Source: Patellaria atrata CBS 101060 (lineage: Eukaryota). From it: a DNA stretch of 64,000 nt. A model generated the notes under the pieces. That model made no database searches. It was given only the letters and a program-made list of their open reading frames with translations, and was not told the origin of the DNA. The DNA lies in contig MU006102.1 in assembly GCA_010093705.1 (NCBI GenBank), positions 438,123 through 502,122 on the forward strand. Reading direction: 5' to 3'. Shown piece by piece: positions 36,959-50,664 of this stretch; the stretch's first letter is position 1, and the number at the start of each line of letters is the position of its first letter. A program made the position numbers and the translations under genes.

Positions 36959-38278
36959 AGGGTTGGTGGGTTTTCCTTTCTGATGATGATGATGGGGGAA
37001 TACGGCGGCTATACTGATATATCGATGCTGACGGGAATGAGAGGAGGGGTGGGGGGGGGTCGGGGGGGAAGGCTATTTGATCTTGAGTATCACCGATTAC
37101 TGCTCTAAGTCTCAACCTGGACTTGACGATAGAGAAATCAAATAAAGTAATGTACCATACGCTCAAAGTATCGGCCAGGATCTAGTCCTCACCCTTCATT
37201 CTCTTCCTACACTTTATCCAGATCTCGTACTTACAACCCAGAAATACCATCTTTGAACAGTGTCCGCGAATTTAACCTGGCACTTTTCAGTCCCAATACT
37301 TCTTGTCGAGTCAATACACTTTCAACTTCACTCGCAAAAGACGGATCCAGATTCAGCGGGCTTTCGCTGTGTGATGCCATCTGGTATTGAAGAAGGGATA
37401 TAGCATACCGTTTGGTTCACGTTATACGCTCACATCGAGAGAGGACCTCCGTGGCAGAAGAAGTAAGCGGGAATTCGCGCGTTTTCACCTTCCGGTATCC
37501 TGGGGGGTTTCCGCAGCAATCACAATCATATTCACATACCTACTTATCTAACACCAAAAAAAAAAGAAAAAAACCACAGATAGATCATCAGAATAACCCC
37601 CCCAAAAAAAAGGATTAAAAATTGGAATCGACACAAGCAGAAAATCGAACCCGGGTGACTCTGAGTATAGCGGCACTGCAGGTGGACGAGGCACCTGCCT
37701 ACTCGGCTATATTCCCGAGTTCGATGGAGGAGGGAGGGATTGGGGGTGCTTATGATGGAAAAGCTGGACACGTGGAAACATGTGGAAGTATGAGTTTGGA
37801 TTGTCACGTTGTTGACTGGGACTGGGTCGTATGGGCGTATCACTAGCAGATGATAATCACCTACTGTATGCGCACTACTAGATTACATCTCCCATTCTCA
37901 CGTTCAGAACCATCGGACACATACGAGAAGTCCCTAAGTGTACAGTACGTGGAGTTAAACCTACCGTTATAGAAGCTCCGGTAGCACTTTGAAACCAAGG
38001 GTGGGCCAAGAACAGTTCGGCAAGTGTACAGTACAGCGAATCTTAGAATGTCGAAGTGAGAGTGGAAGGAAATATAATGGTCAGAAGATCAAGTGGGAGA
38101 GATTATAGTATTTTCCGCGCGATACATCATTCATTTATGGACCTTATCATAGACAAAGTCCAAAGTATCGCGTATCAGTCGTATTTCCATAATCCCCGTA
38201 AGTGATAGAAGTACATCCGAGCCCCTTTTGCCCTCCCTCGATGCTCTGATCCGAAACGCCTTCCACCCATACGCCAAC

Positions 38279-40826
38279 CTACAAAACCCCGTCCTGAAAC
38301 CTCTCCATCCCCTTCCTCACCTCCCTCACAATCTCACTCGCCTCCGTCGCGCTCTGCGCTTCGAAATCATACCTCTTCGTCTCTCTCTCCTTGAATACCA
38401 CGACCCTAAACATCCTGGGGTGTCGCCTACTCACCTTCGAGCCCACCACGTCTCTGAAATGCACGGTAGTAGTTTTTCCCGGGTTGGGTTCGAGCGGGCC
38501 GGTTTTGTTTCCGATGTTACCGCTGTAGAGGTTTTTGTTGGACTCGGAGGGCATGATGTGCATGTACTCGCCGTCGAGGGCGAGGATACGGGCACTCGAG
38601 GAGGCGAACGACATGGGCTGTTTGCGGGTGACGGCGTAGCGTTTGTAAGTAGTCGAGGCGGAGAGGAAAGTATCGTTGCGCTGGGCGAGGGGATGCCAGA
38701 CCCCTAGCCCTTTCCTGGTTTTCTTCGGGGTGCCGGTTGACGAGATAAGTAAGGGGGCGTTTGGGGAGCTGCTAGCTGGAGAGCCGGAGAGGCCGAATGC
38801 ACCGTCGCCCATGAAGCGCTTTCGCGAGAGGTCGAGTGCGAGCCGATCTCCGAGAGCTTCTACGGTGCGGTCGGGAGGGGCAACGGTAGAGGTACCGTGG
38901 ACTTTGAGGACGTAGGCGCCTTTGTCGACGTGGAGGCGCTTGCAGGCTTGGTCGAAGATTTCGGCGAGGTACGTGTCTGCTGTGACTTCCATGGTGGTGG
39001 TGCGGCTGTTGAATTCGGAGTCGGTGAAGTGGACAGTGAGAGTCTTCATTGCCCCGGTTCGAGGAGTGGCGTGCGTGTTTTGAGTGGCGGGTTGGTCGAG
39101 AGGCGCGGAATTGTCTTTTCGGAAGGCAAAGTTGGGGCCGATGATAGGGTTACTGTTCGCGCCGGTACGCGGTGGGAGACTTTGCTGGAGTTTTATGGGT
39201 TGAGGTGGCTGGGCTGGAGAAATGGAGGACATGGGATCTTCATCATCCTCATCCAGTGTTAATGTTTCGGCCTCGTATGTAGGCGTGAGGGCCTTGTTTC
39301 CCTCGTATTCCGCTTCTGATGCCTCGACTATAGCGAATTCGTCCCACGGTTTATCACGTGCTCTAGGCCTCGCACCTCGATTGTTATTCGAAGTGAAATC
39401 GGATATCGGTTTTGTCCGCACCAATGCGGGAAAGTCCATGTCAACCTCTTCATCCTCTACCATCCTCATGGTCCATCGGTTGACATTGGTTTGTTTCGAA
39501 TCTAATGCCGGTTCAATCCCTTCCTCACCATACCTGTAGAGAGCTAAACCAATGGCATCAGCTACGACGACTTTATTTCCACCGTTAGCAGTTCGTTTTA
39601 GAAGAAGTTCGCAAGGTTTGGTAGGCTGTTTTGAGAAAGGTGTATAAATTTTGATGTATAGAGGGTTGGGATCTCCTTTCCCAGATAGAGTAGCAAATCG
39701 ATCTAGTGGATTAGTTGGTTTCTTATTTCTAGCTTTTAGAGCTGCAGTCAAAGTGCTGACAGGAGGAAGTTGACTGATCGGACGAGGCGGAGGTAGCGCT
39801 TGTAATACTGCGGGTGGCTGTTTGGATTTCTTCGGTGAGGTATTAAACATTGGAGGAATATTCGAAAGGTTAGTTGGAGGTGATGAAGTCATGCCATCAC
39901 CGACTTCTCCGAGCAGCGAACCGGACCCGACAGTGCCCTCAAAGTCTGAAGACAAGGTGCTATCATCAGACTGAGCGCCGGGGTCGTTGTCACCCATATC
40001 TGCGTCACCTTCTCGTTCGTCTTCTTGTATCCTCTCAGTAAGCAAATGACTAGATTTTGCTGCTTTCCGTGAGTTGATCTGTTTTCTCTGAAAGAGTGAT
40101 GGGTCTAGCTCATTCTCTGATGAGAATTCACTGCTTGTTACTGTGCCACTCCGAGCTCTTGAATGGGTCATAGTTTCAATAGCTCCTAAAGAGCCTCGTC
40201 GTAGTCCATGAGCATCAGGTGGTCTTGAAGGCGATGTTACCAAGACTGCAGGACCGTCTTTCATTGTACTCTGAATTGGTGATGACCCAGCTCTTGTACG
40301 GACCGGCATTTTGCTGAATTTAATCTGATGGGCTGGTCGAGTGTCTGCATCGTCGTCACTCTCGTCACTAAGATCACTGCTATCATCTTCATCGAAGTGT
40401 TCTTTCCTTCGTCGCCGTCTTGTATTTGGTGCTGGCCCAACTGTGTCGTTGCTACCCACTCCACCAGTCACCAGTCCACCTTCTTCCTCATCATCGCCGA
40501 ATCCTGCACCGGGTACTAGACCTGCCGAGCGCGGAGGCGCCTGAAAGTAATCTGAAGCGATAGCTGTAGGAATAGGAGGGGAATAAGTCCGCTTGATATC
40601 TGTGGGATTCGCCGACCATCCTGCCCCACGAAAGGAAGGGTTGTTGAGAACGGCAGAGTTGACATTGATAAGGCGCTCGCCGACGCCGTCTTTGATATTC
40701 AAGAGATATGCTGTACGTAGCTGGTAAAGCACAAACCTACAGAGCTGGTCATTAGTATACTTAATGTTACGTTTGGATGGATTCCTCGGAGTTAAGAACT
40801 CACTCTTCGTTTTGTAGGAGAGACAT
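38279..40826 (-). CDS. AVO1: TORC2 subunit Sin1/Avo1; exons 40826-40804 and 40736-38279
   Basis: MSLLQNEEFVLYQLRTAYL, IKRTYSPPIPTA, CRIM region (IGLALYRY..RWTMRMVEDEEVDMDFPAL) and C-terminal PH domain (KRYDFEA). Confidence 0.92.
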
Positions 40827-41018
40827 CGTACGTTCATGTTGTATTTAGGTTGCTATTGAAACAGTGTAAATCATCAGCGTCTCTTCAGGCCAGCCGAAAA
40901 GTATAGGAGTGTTTGAATCAGAATAGTTCGAATCACAATGGCTGTGCGGTCACCGGGGACCGGGTATGAACTGCTGAACCCCGCCAAGAATGAGGATGAT
41001 GCTTTCGCGATGCTTCAA

Positions 41019-41028
41019 TTGACGTCAA
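41019..41028. promoter_or_regulatory. Palindromic CRE/ATF-type bZIP site TTGACGTCAA in the SIN1/PRCC divergent promoter
   Basis: Perfect 10-bp palindrome about 75 bp upstream of the PRCC-like ATG and about 190 bp upstream of the SIN1 ATG. Confidence 0.4.
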
Positions 41029-41102
41029 AAAATTCACAACCAACCGAGCCTTGAACGAAGCAAACAAAGGTCAGAGACAATATATAAACCGATACTGGAA
41101 TC

Positions 41103-42284
41103 ATGAATCTTGTCAATTATTCGGACTCAGAAAACTCGGATAATGAATCTCCTGTCATACCCAAAGTCGTGCCAAAGCCAGTCGCAGCGAAGCCGTCTTT
41201 CCAAAAAGTTGTCGACAGCTCCAATCCACGCAAAATAAAGGTCAACTTACCTACAACATCCAATACGAGAAGTTCAGATGGAGATATTGATGCGGATGGA
41301 CCACCGGCCAAAAAAGCGAGGACTGATGGCGTATTCAGCAACTTCAACTCACTTTTACCTGCACCGAAGAAAATAGGAGGCGATAACAAGGCATCAGCAG
41401 CAAAGAGAGGGTCAGGAGGAGGATTAGGAAGTGGTGTCAGTCTTAAGACTGGGGCTGCCCCCGCGTTTAGTCGTGCACCTGTTGAGGCGGATTTTCAGGA
41501 ATCAGAGGATGGGCAAGGAGAAAATCCAAAGAGCAATGGAACAGCTGCTACAGGTTCATCAGTACCGGAAGTAAAGGAAGAGATGAAACTTGTGGGAAAG
41601 AATACTATGTTCAAGCCGTTATCTGTCATGAACAAAGTAAAGAAGAAGAAAAAGGTTATACCAGATAGTCTCTCGGCCGATAGTTCAGCCCAGACCCCTC
41701 CTAAAAGCTCGACACAATCGGCGCAACAAACAGGACCTCCACTCAAACAGACAGTCTCTCTATTTTCAATATCACAGGATGAAACTGAGGCTCAAGTATC
41801 GACTACCGCGTCAAGTGGTTACATCTCGATGATATATGGTAATGAGGAGCAGCCAGAGGAAGATACAAGGACTATAGATTCTGACAGTTTATTAAACGAG
41901 CAACAGCATGCTGGGACACATTACCAATCCACATTATCGAATTCCGGGAAAGGTGCACAATCGCTTGATGCAATAGCTGATGACCTTAATCTCTCCGAAG
42001 CTGCAAGACGGCAGCTTTTCGGCCGTCAACGAGGAAAAGGAGCAGCAGACCTTTCGGCGGCAAAGATCATCAATTTCAACACCGACGAGGAATATCTTGC
42101 CAACGAGAAGCTTCGAGCTGCTGGTGAGACTATACAGCACAACCCAGTTCGTGCTATTGCGCCTGGCAAACACAATCTGAAACAAATGGTCAACAATGCT
42201 CAGAGTCAGAAAGAAGCATTTGAAGAGCACTTTGCAACAGGCAAGAGGAATAAAGCTGAAGCCGGAAGTAAGTATGGTTGGTGA
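41103..42284 (+). CDS. PRCC-like (MAD2B-interacting, spliceosome-associated) protein, intronless
   Basis: MNLVNYSDSE start, SLLPAPK, and C-terminal GKHNLKQMV..EEHFATGKRNKAEAGSKYGW. Confidence 0.85.
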   Translation: MNLVNYSDSENSDNESPVIPKVVPKPVAAKPSFQKVVDSSNPRKIKVNLPTTSNTRSSDGDIDADGPPAKKARTDGVFSNFNSLLPAPKKIGGDNKASAAKRGSGGGLGSGVSLKTGAAPAFSRAPVEADFQESEDGQGENPKSNGTAATGSSVPEVKEEMKLVGKNTMFKPLSVMNKVKKKKKVIPDSLSADSSAQTPPKSSTQSAQQTGPPLKQTVSLFSISQDETEAQVSTTASSGYISMIYGNEEQPEEDTRTIDSDSLLNEQQHAGTHYQSTLSNSGKGAQSLDAIADDLNLSEAARRQLFGRQRGKGAADLSAAKIINFNTDEEYLANEKLRAAGETIQHNPVRAIAPGKHNLKQMVNNAQSQKEAFEEHFATGKRNKAEAGSKYGW

Positions 42285-42785
42285 GAGTTTACTAGTCTCG
42301 AGTTTCTCGGGATACCTTCTTTCCCTGACTTTATTCGGATGCTTCAAGCATCAAAATAATCATTCCCGTGCTGGTGCACCAGAGCTAAATAATCAGTTAT
42401 TATTGCTTTATTGCGGCCCCTTTTGATATTACTGATATATCTTGGCGCTGAATAATTCCGCTCGTAGTTTTCCACTTCCCCATCTTTCCCCATGCAATCC
42501 TGCACTTCGCTTCCTACCGCTTCAGGCGTGCATCACCTACAATTCCCACCATACCACCACGGCAGTAGTATACCCGATCTGCATGATATACACACCTATA
42601 TCGATATTGGTTTAGACTTGCTTCGAAATGGGTTGGCCTCGGCTGCCAGTCGTATTACCGTTATTACCGAGTCTACCCCCACCTGATGTGTGCTCTTAAA
42701 ATACCTACTGTCTTCTGGTAAGGTTTTGCTAATTTCGACTTTCGCTTCAGTTCTTTTACTATAATTTCCACATTCAATGATAGCC

Positions 42786-44554
42786 ATGGCCAAATGGAAA
42801 GAAAAGGATGTCGAGGTCTATATCGAAAATGAACCACCTATTGGTGATCACCTTTCTATGACTGTCTCGAATCTAGGTCAAGATGACAATGAAAATGTCT
42901 CTACTGGCGAGTTTAAGAGAGCTTATATGGACCTCAACAAGGGTTTAGTAGGGTGGGACTCAGTAGAAGATACTACGAATCCATTGTGAGATTCGCACTT
43001 TCTATTTGGAGTTTTTCCAAACTGATACAACCCTCAGAAATTGGACAGGCACTCAAAAAGCTATGCTAACAACCTTTATTGGTTTTATATCTGCTTTAGT
43101 GTAAGATTTCCAAGAATCTCTATTGTGAAGTTGGTTATTTTTCACCTGACTGACTGTGTTCAATAAGGCCATGCGCCTCTTCACTTACCGCACCTGGTAT
43201 AGGGGCGACCATGCAAGATTTAAATGAGACCTCGGACATCTTAGGATCCTTAATGATAACGATTTACGTTGCTGGTATCGCTGTTGGACCATTGTTCTTA
43301 GGACCGTTATCCGAAATATTCGGCAGGTATCCAGTTTTGATCTGTTCATCCTGGTTCCATGTCATCTTCCTCATAGCCTGTGGGCTTGCTCCAACATTTG
43401 CCAGTTTGATTGTGTTTCGCCTTTTTGCTGGTGTTGGCGCAGCGGCAGCCCTGACTCTTGCTCCTGCTATAGTAGGAGATATCTTTCCAATTGAGAAGAG
43501 GGCTTTTGGTAACACAATTGTCATTTTCGCACAATGCCTTGGTCCAGTCAGTAAGAAATAATCCCTAATAATCATTACGTTCGAAATGAGACGCTGACGT
43601 AACAAAGTTGGGCCAATCTGTGGTGGCTTTATTACAGAGCAATTGGGGTGGAGATGGGTAATCAACGTTTCCCTTTGTACGTTTTCAGGAACTGACTAAG
43701 AATAGGCCTACTGGATTTTACTTTGTTTCACCGGAACTACGACAGTTGCCATCAGTTTGTTCATGAGAGAATCTTATCCTATCACGATCCTACAGAAAAA
43801 GACTAAACGACTCCAGAAGGAGCTGAACAGGCCTGACCTCAAATCACAGCTTCACCTCAACTATACGAAAAAGGAACTTTTGTCAAGGAGTTTGATTAGG
43901 CCCATGAAGTTGCTCACAAGATCTCCTATCATCTTCCTCCTGAGCCTGTACATTGCAATCATGTACGGAATACTATATCTCATGTTTACCACGATCACCC
44001 CTATCTTTCAAGATACATACGGCTGGTCTTTACAAGTAACCGGACTCGCGTACCTCGGAATCGGTGTAGGGTCCATCCTCGCCCTCGCTATACTCTTACG
44101 AGGAAATGATGCGAAGGTGGTCAAGCTCAGAAAAAGGAACAACGGGGTCTATGAGCCTGAAATGCGGCTTCCGGATTGTTTATACTACGCCATCTTAGTC
44201 CCGATCGGTATCTTCTGGTATGGTTGGACCTCGGAGAGGGAGGTGCATTGGTCTGTACCCATAATCGGCCTTATACCTTACGGCTTCGGTATGGCTGGTA
44301 TCTTTGTCCCGGGCCAGACTTACATGATTGACTCATTCCCACAATACGCCGCCTCCACCATCGCGGCCGCCGCTAGTATGCGGAGTCTGTTCGGCACATT
44401 TATGCCCCTTGCTGGACCGCATATGTATAAGGCTTTAGGTCTAGGATGGGGGAACACATTACTAGGGGCTTTGACGGCTGCGTTGGTGCCCATTGTGTGG
44501 TGCTTTTATAGATATGGGAAAACTATAAGGAAGAGATGGCCTGTGGAGTTGTGA
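42786..44554 (+). CDS. MFS drug:H+ antiporter (DHA1 family), several short introns between 42986 and 43705
   Basis: VGWDS..D..NP/NW, GPLFLGPLSEIFGRYP, GPICGGFI..LGWRW, MRESY, PEMRL and LGLGWGNTLLG. Confidence 0.92.
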
Positions 44555-46596
44555 TTAGGGTGCGGGATTGATATTTGGTAATTAGAGAATACATACAGAA
44601 TATATCACCTTCCAAAAGCGGTTGAAATCCCACGAGAAAATTTACGCCAGCTGGTAACTGCTGATAGAGTGTGGATCCCGAAGCACGTGTGACTCAATTA
44701 TCGGTACGGTTGGAGAGTCATTCATCCTCTTCGACTTCCTTATATAGGGAAAAGGAACAACTTTGAACTTGAGCGTAGAGAATCTTAGCTGGTAATTTGG
44801 GCTAGTATGTATAGTCGGAAGTCCTTGTACGCTTTGGCTTGATTGTACAGAAAGCTTGGACCCTCAGTTTGAGATTGAACATACAGTAAGTGAGGAATCT
44901 ATGACGGGAGAAGGTGCGGAAGAATATATATCGGTATAAACAAAATACAGTTTCGTCGGCATTATGCTCCCGGCTATCCTGGGCGGCGTGCTAAAGAAGA
45001 ATTGTCTGCATAGACGTGACTTATCGTATACAACATTTTCCGATGTGATACGGGCAAGGATGCACGTAGGAGGAATCCTCTAATAAACCGATTGATCAAG
45101 TAGGAAATGTATAAAGCGAGATCCCCTGTCCCTAATCCATATATTCCCAGAATTGACATGCAGATCCAGTTCACCAACCTGCTGTTCCCTCGTTGACGGA
45201 CCTTTTCCCCTTTTGGGTGTTTTCTTTGAGATGTTACAGTAGAGGCGTAGTAGCCTTATGTTGAAGATTACGTCCTATCGAAGAGGTGCAGTATATCCTG
45301 TCTCAAAACTATGTCTTCTCCTCGGGTCGCTTTTCGACGATGTCCTAAGATCTCATAACGAGATCCAACGGCTCCGCATCTTCACTATTACTGAAAACTC
45401 CGTAGGGGTCAAACCGAGAAGATCAATGGGTTTTAGCATCCCTGTTGCTCACTTTGACTTAACACTTCGTTGGCAACCTGTGAATAGTTTCTCTTCCATT
45501 TCCGTGTTGAGTGGCCCGTCTAGCCACGATTCACATCGTCCGATGGTGTATACCTCCATTATTTTTATGCAGACAGAATCATCCTGGCGTTTGGGTTCAC
45601 GGTCGGACGTGGGTAGAGTGGAATATGATAGAAAATATGGGATGCTCATGGCACCCATTTCAACATGCAGTCGAAGGGCCCACTGAAGTAATTATATTAC
45701 AAAAAGAAGACCCAGGGAGTAAGATATAAAAAGGATGAACTATCATATACAGCTATAAAAAAAAAATAAAAACTAATTGAAAGTGAAAAAAAAAATGGAA
45801 AAGAACCTCTCCGTGCCTCTCGAGAGGAAAGGAGTTAAGAAACTGTAATAGTTTGCTTCGATTATTCCTTTATATTAAGCCTTATTGGGGCAGCCAAGAC
45901 TCGAACTGTAGGATTGGGGTGATACGTACCTAATATTGTCCCAACTGCACCATGGCGGAATGATGCTTGCTACATTCGATTTGGATATAAGGTGAGTGCT
46001 CCAGTTCCTAATAGGAAGAGAGACGGAACTTATCAAACAGTCCTTCCCAATCAAAGATGGCCTTCCCGCGAAATGTGGTTTATGAGAGAATTACTGGGAT
46101 GCTTTAGCAAAGACTTCGTGATGACGGGTTCGTCCCACGAGAAGTATTTACCTTTTCTCTATTTTAAGTCTTGGATTTCTCACTCATTCTCTATTAGTTC
46201 TATTGGGGTATTCTAGTTTCTGATTTAATCAGATGATCCTTTCAACGATGATGCTTACGATGCTGACCTTCCAATTACTGTCCCATGGGATATGGCTTTT
46301 TAGATTCCCCGAGACGATAGAATATGTGGTACCATTATTCTTTCAGACGATACCTCTCCCATCACTGGACGAACGACAAACTTTGCCTTAGTTTAACCCT
46401 CTGGAGTTAAAGAACTTTGATCAACTGACAGTGAATGAATTGAGGAAGGGGAATAGAGAGGTAACAGAGAAGGAAATATATGGATTTCTGGACAATGAAG
46501 CAGCGTACAGTAGGATAGTAATGTGCTTGCAGGGAGAAGAGCATTACTTTCGTGTTCGCTTTGAGAACTACATAAGTACGAGCACCTCGATCGAGA

Positions 46597-47315
46597 TCAC
46601 CATCCTCCCTCCATAATCCCAGCTCGGAGCGTCACAGGCTTCCCGTTTTCTCCCTTTCCTGTCTGCTGCTTCCAACCTAGCCTCCAGACTCCACTCTCCG
46701 CCGTCGGAAGAACCCACCAGTCGAACAACACACTCTGACGGCTCGGTGGCTCCCAATACACGTATGGAGCGTAGAGACCAAACCCATCCGAGACATAGTC
46801 TGTCCGACTCATTTGGCTTGGTTCAAGGAAGTCCACAGGTCTGAAATCGGCTATTACGTCGGCCACGGGACCTTTGATGGACAGATAGTACTCTGCATTG
46901 GAGGCTATCATTGACGTACTCTCATCTGGGGTACAGCGGAGTGGTGATGACCAAGTGGGAGCAGCGAAATGTGTTTGACCACCTACCTCGTTAGATGTGG
47001 GAGCTGAAACCTAGGATAAGAGACCGGGATACATACAAATGACCTGGAAAGTTACTTCAGCTCCTGAGGGGGCTGCACCGACATATGCCTTACCTGCTTA
47101 CATTACTATCTACTCTGCACAGGTGGAGGAATGGTAGGTAGTGACTTACCGTCTGCATAGTACACAAGCAGATTGTCTATCCTGCCATTATCACCCCATG
47201 CCCAGAGCTTGGTCGGCGGTTGAGGTTCTGCTCTCTCCTTCAACGGTGTTGCATTCACAACGCTTGCTATTACGAAGAAAGTTGTGGTCAAGGTTCGAAG
47301 TAACGTCGATGCCAT
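46597..47315 (-). CDS. Small secreted protein of unknown function (signal peptide plus short pro-segment); two introns at about 47149-47095 and 47036-46983
   Basis: MASTLLRTLTTTFFVIASVVNA signal peptide; spliced frame LWAWG..VYYADGKAYVG..DGFGLYAPYVYW..GVWRLGW..PVTLR. Confidence 0.7.
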
Positions 47316-48326
47316 CCTTGTTATCCTAGTATTAAGAGCGGAACTGAGAAAGAGTAGAAGTACTGAAGCAGACAGACAACGCAGAAAAACCCCATCATGA
47401 TATCGTTGCCGCTCTCACATTAAGTATATCTGAATGTCTCACTCTCATATCGCAAGCGCAATCCCACCACCTTTAAATTCCAAATCGCGCGCTGGGGACC
47501 GTTGAAGCTATCCGTATCCAGCATCCTGTGATCGCGTTCCCCGGATTTTTGCGTGCTCTTACCCCAGTAACTTGTTTATTACTTTCTTGGTTGGGAAGAG
47601 CAAGCGAGGTGCAACCTGGCTGGTGTCGTTGTCCGATATTAAGGCTTGGCGAAGGATTGCGGATTGGGCAGGTCGGGTGTTGTTGCTTTGATTATTGATA
47701 AATTTCTAAGCGGTCACGTGAAAGCAACTTTTAGAGTGATTTACTGATAAGATTAGATTCGGATATTATCTACGAGAGCTCAACCACTTCTCTTCCTTCC
47801 CCTCTCTTCAGGCTTTTGCGCGTTCATTATCCGAACTCCTTCCACCACACTTGATCTTCATGGTTGATAAAATATGAAAATACGAGATGCTTGTCTACGT
47901 AATGAATGCATTGGAACTAAGCGCCTTCAGAGTCATTTGATCTAATATACCTTAGGTGCAATGGCTGAATCTCCTCAAGTTGCAGTCTCCTCCTCACTTT
48001 TTCTTTAGTCTTGGTTTCTAATTCTTTGCTCCTCACCTGAGCTTCATTTGAAGTTGTTTCCTCCATCTCCAGTCTGCTCATAAGTGTTGTCGGGTCTATA
48101 GTGATTTGGAATTGCCTAAATCCCTTTTCTCGCTAATCTCGCATCCTCACCCTACTTTCCGCTGCGCAGTCAACCCTATATCCATGCCTCGTCATCCTAA
48201 TATCTGTGCCGTATTCATTAGAAATTCTGTATAGAATGCAAAGTATAAGAACTCTTCCGCCCCTAAGTCCCAATTCCATGGCTTCCCACCCACCCTAAAC
48301 TTACAACCAGCTCCAGTCCCTTCATA

Positions 48327-50664
48327 ATGCGATCCCTGACAGCATCGGTCTTCTTAACTATTCAGTCCTTGGCCACCGCAATCCCCTCTCCTTTGTTTCT
48401 GAAATCCCCATTGACAATCCTCTCCCATAACACCCTTTCCCCCTCTCCTCCCTCCGCCATCCTCCTCTCCACTCCCCAAACCCATGGTTCAGCAATCGCA
48501 TCTTGTGCCGCGTTAAACGAGACGCTATTTTCCGGAAATGCAACGGAATTGCCCTTGAGTGAGTACGGTGAAGGACCTTTCTGGGTCTTTGGCCTGGAGA
48601 AGGCATGTATGGCGGTGGATGCAAAAGGGAGGAGAAAAGCAGATGGGTGTGGTAGGACGTTGCCGGCGCTGTGTAACAACTCCGCTGGCGAGAAGGTTGG
48701 GACTGCGGCGGATGGGCAGGGAGTGGGACAGGAAGGGAGGGTAGTGGTGAGAAGTAAGGGGGTGGAGTTCGTTGGGTGAGTGCGTTTTTAATGTTTCACT
48801 CATTCATGCTGCATTCATGAAGTCCACGCTGGTATCTCCAAGTCATTTTCTTGGCCTCCGTAGTGTGGTCTTATCACTTTCAAAGAAACTCCTCAGTAAA
48901 ATGCGGAAAAGGGCTATTAGAAATTGGACTTGAATTTTCGAAGTTCGTTAGGGATACGCAGTCAAAACTTTTCCTGCTTTAGTACTACCCTCCTTATCAA
49001 TGATTTCTAGTCCGTCGGCATCTGGTTTAGCAATTCTGAATCGACGCAATCAATTTGGGATGTAGCTAACTTCATCCAAGATACCGTGATAAATTTACAT
49101 TCCGTTTCCTCGGTCTCCGCTATGCATCCACACCCGCCCGCTTCACCTACTCCACCCTACACCGTCCCGGCCCCAACTCCAACCTCTCCGCCCTCAGCTT
49201 TGGTCCTTCATGCCCCCAGCCAGCCTGCGCAAGCCCCCGCTGCTCCGAAGACTGTCTCTTCCTCAATATCTGGACACCTTACCTCCCCTCTCATGCTCCT
49301 TCTCCTCTAATAAAGCTCAAAGCAGTAATGCTCTGGTTCCACGGCGGGGGTATGTACCTCGGTTCCGGTTCTGACGCTAACACCGACGGAGGTAATCTCG
49401 CCTCGCGGGGCGACGTCGTGGTTGTCTCGATCAACTACAGGCTTGGGGCTTTGGGTTATCTAGCATTAAAGGGTGAAGATGAGATGAAGGGGAATTACGG
49501 GGTATCTGACCAATTAACGGCTATTGATTGGATCAAGGCGAATATCCGGGATTTCGGAGGGGATCCGGAGAGGATTACTGTGTTTGGACAGTCGGGGGGT
49601 GCGGTGAGTATCGCGGGAGTCTTGGCCAGTCCGAAGAGTAGGGGGAATATTGAGGGGGCGATTATGATGAGCAGGTTTGGGGGATTGGGACTGGCGAAAC
49701 CGTATTCAGAGTGGATGACAATTGCTGAAGAAGAGGAACTAACTGGAAAACCGATATTGAATGCTACGGGCTGCATGAATGCGACGTCGAAAATCGAGTG
49801 TTTGAGGGCTTACGACGCATTTAAACTTGCTGATATGGCGGATATAGCTGCTCGGTAAATTCCATATTTCGTGTGCCCAAGTTATTATATCTGACTGTGG
49901 ATAGTTATCTTGTCATCGATGGGGAGTACATCACCACAACCCACCTACCAGTCGACGGCAGTGGCCATACAGCAAACATTCGCCTCATGCATGGTACCTT
50001 GAGGGATGAGGGAGGCGCCATGCTCCCCTCCCCTTCCCTCGACCCTGAAACCAATCTCGGCTTCCTCAATCTTGTAGAGGATGGTCGCAAAGCCCTCGCC
50101 TCAGGTGCTTTCAACAGTTCCGCAAGCACGTGGAACACAACCGTCCGCATAGCAACCGATGCGCAATTCCGTTGCGACACCTACGCGACCGCTTACTCCG
50201 CTGCACTTCACGATGTCTTCGCCGCTCAATATGTTTACGAGATGACCCGCAGCTTTCAGATGCCTGACTGGCCGCCCGCGGAGAATATGTGTCAGCCCCT
50301 CTCCGGCAACCCGAGGGACGAGTACTTCAAATGCCATTCGGGGGATCTGGTTGTCGCGTTTGGGAATGTCGAGAGGGTGGGACAGAAGGTGAGGGATGAG
50401 TTGGACATCCCGTTTTCACAGTTAATCGTAGACTCTTGGGCAGCGTTCGCTAGGACGGGGAAGCCGGATCCAGAGGAGGGGTTCCTGAGGGCGAGGGGAT
50501 ATGCGAATACGACTGCGCTGCTGAGGAGGATGGGGAAGTGGGAACCGTTTCAAAAGGGGATGAAGGCGAGGAAATTGGATCCTGTGAGTGGTGGGATGGT
50601 GGGGTTGGGAGAGCGTGTGCAGTGTGGTGCGCTGGACTATCCGATTGACTATTTTGAGAGGTAG
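48327..50664 (+). CDS. Secreted type-B carboxylesterase (alpha/beta hydrolase); introns at about 48777-49080 and 49856-49902
   Basis: Signal peptide; SEDCLFLNIWTP, WFHGG, GNLASRGDVVVVSINYRLG, FGGDPERITVFGQSGG and CHSGDL. Confidence 0.92.

Noticed and set aside
37553..37625. A-rich tracts as a retroposon tail
   Set aside because: No target-site duplication or element body is visible; consistent with ordinary intergenic poly(dA:dT).
46233..46616. 128-codon + frame with one internal TAG at 46389
   Set aside because: No recognisable motif, and it overlaps the end of the convergent secreted-protein gene; it cannot be told from chance without a homology search.
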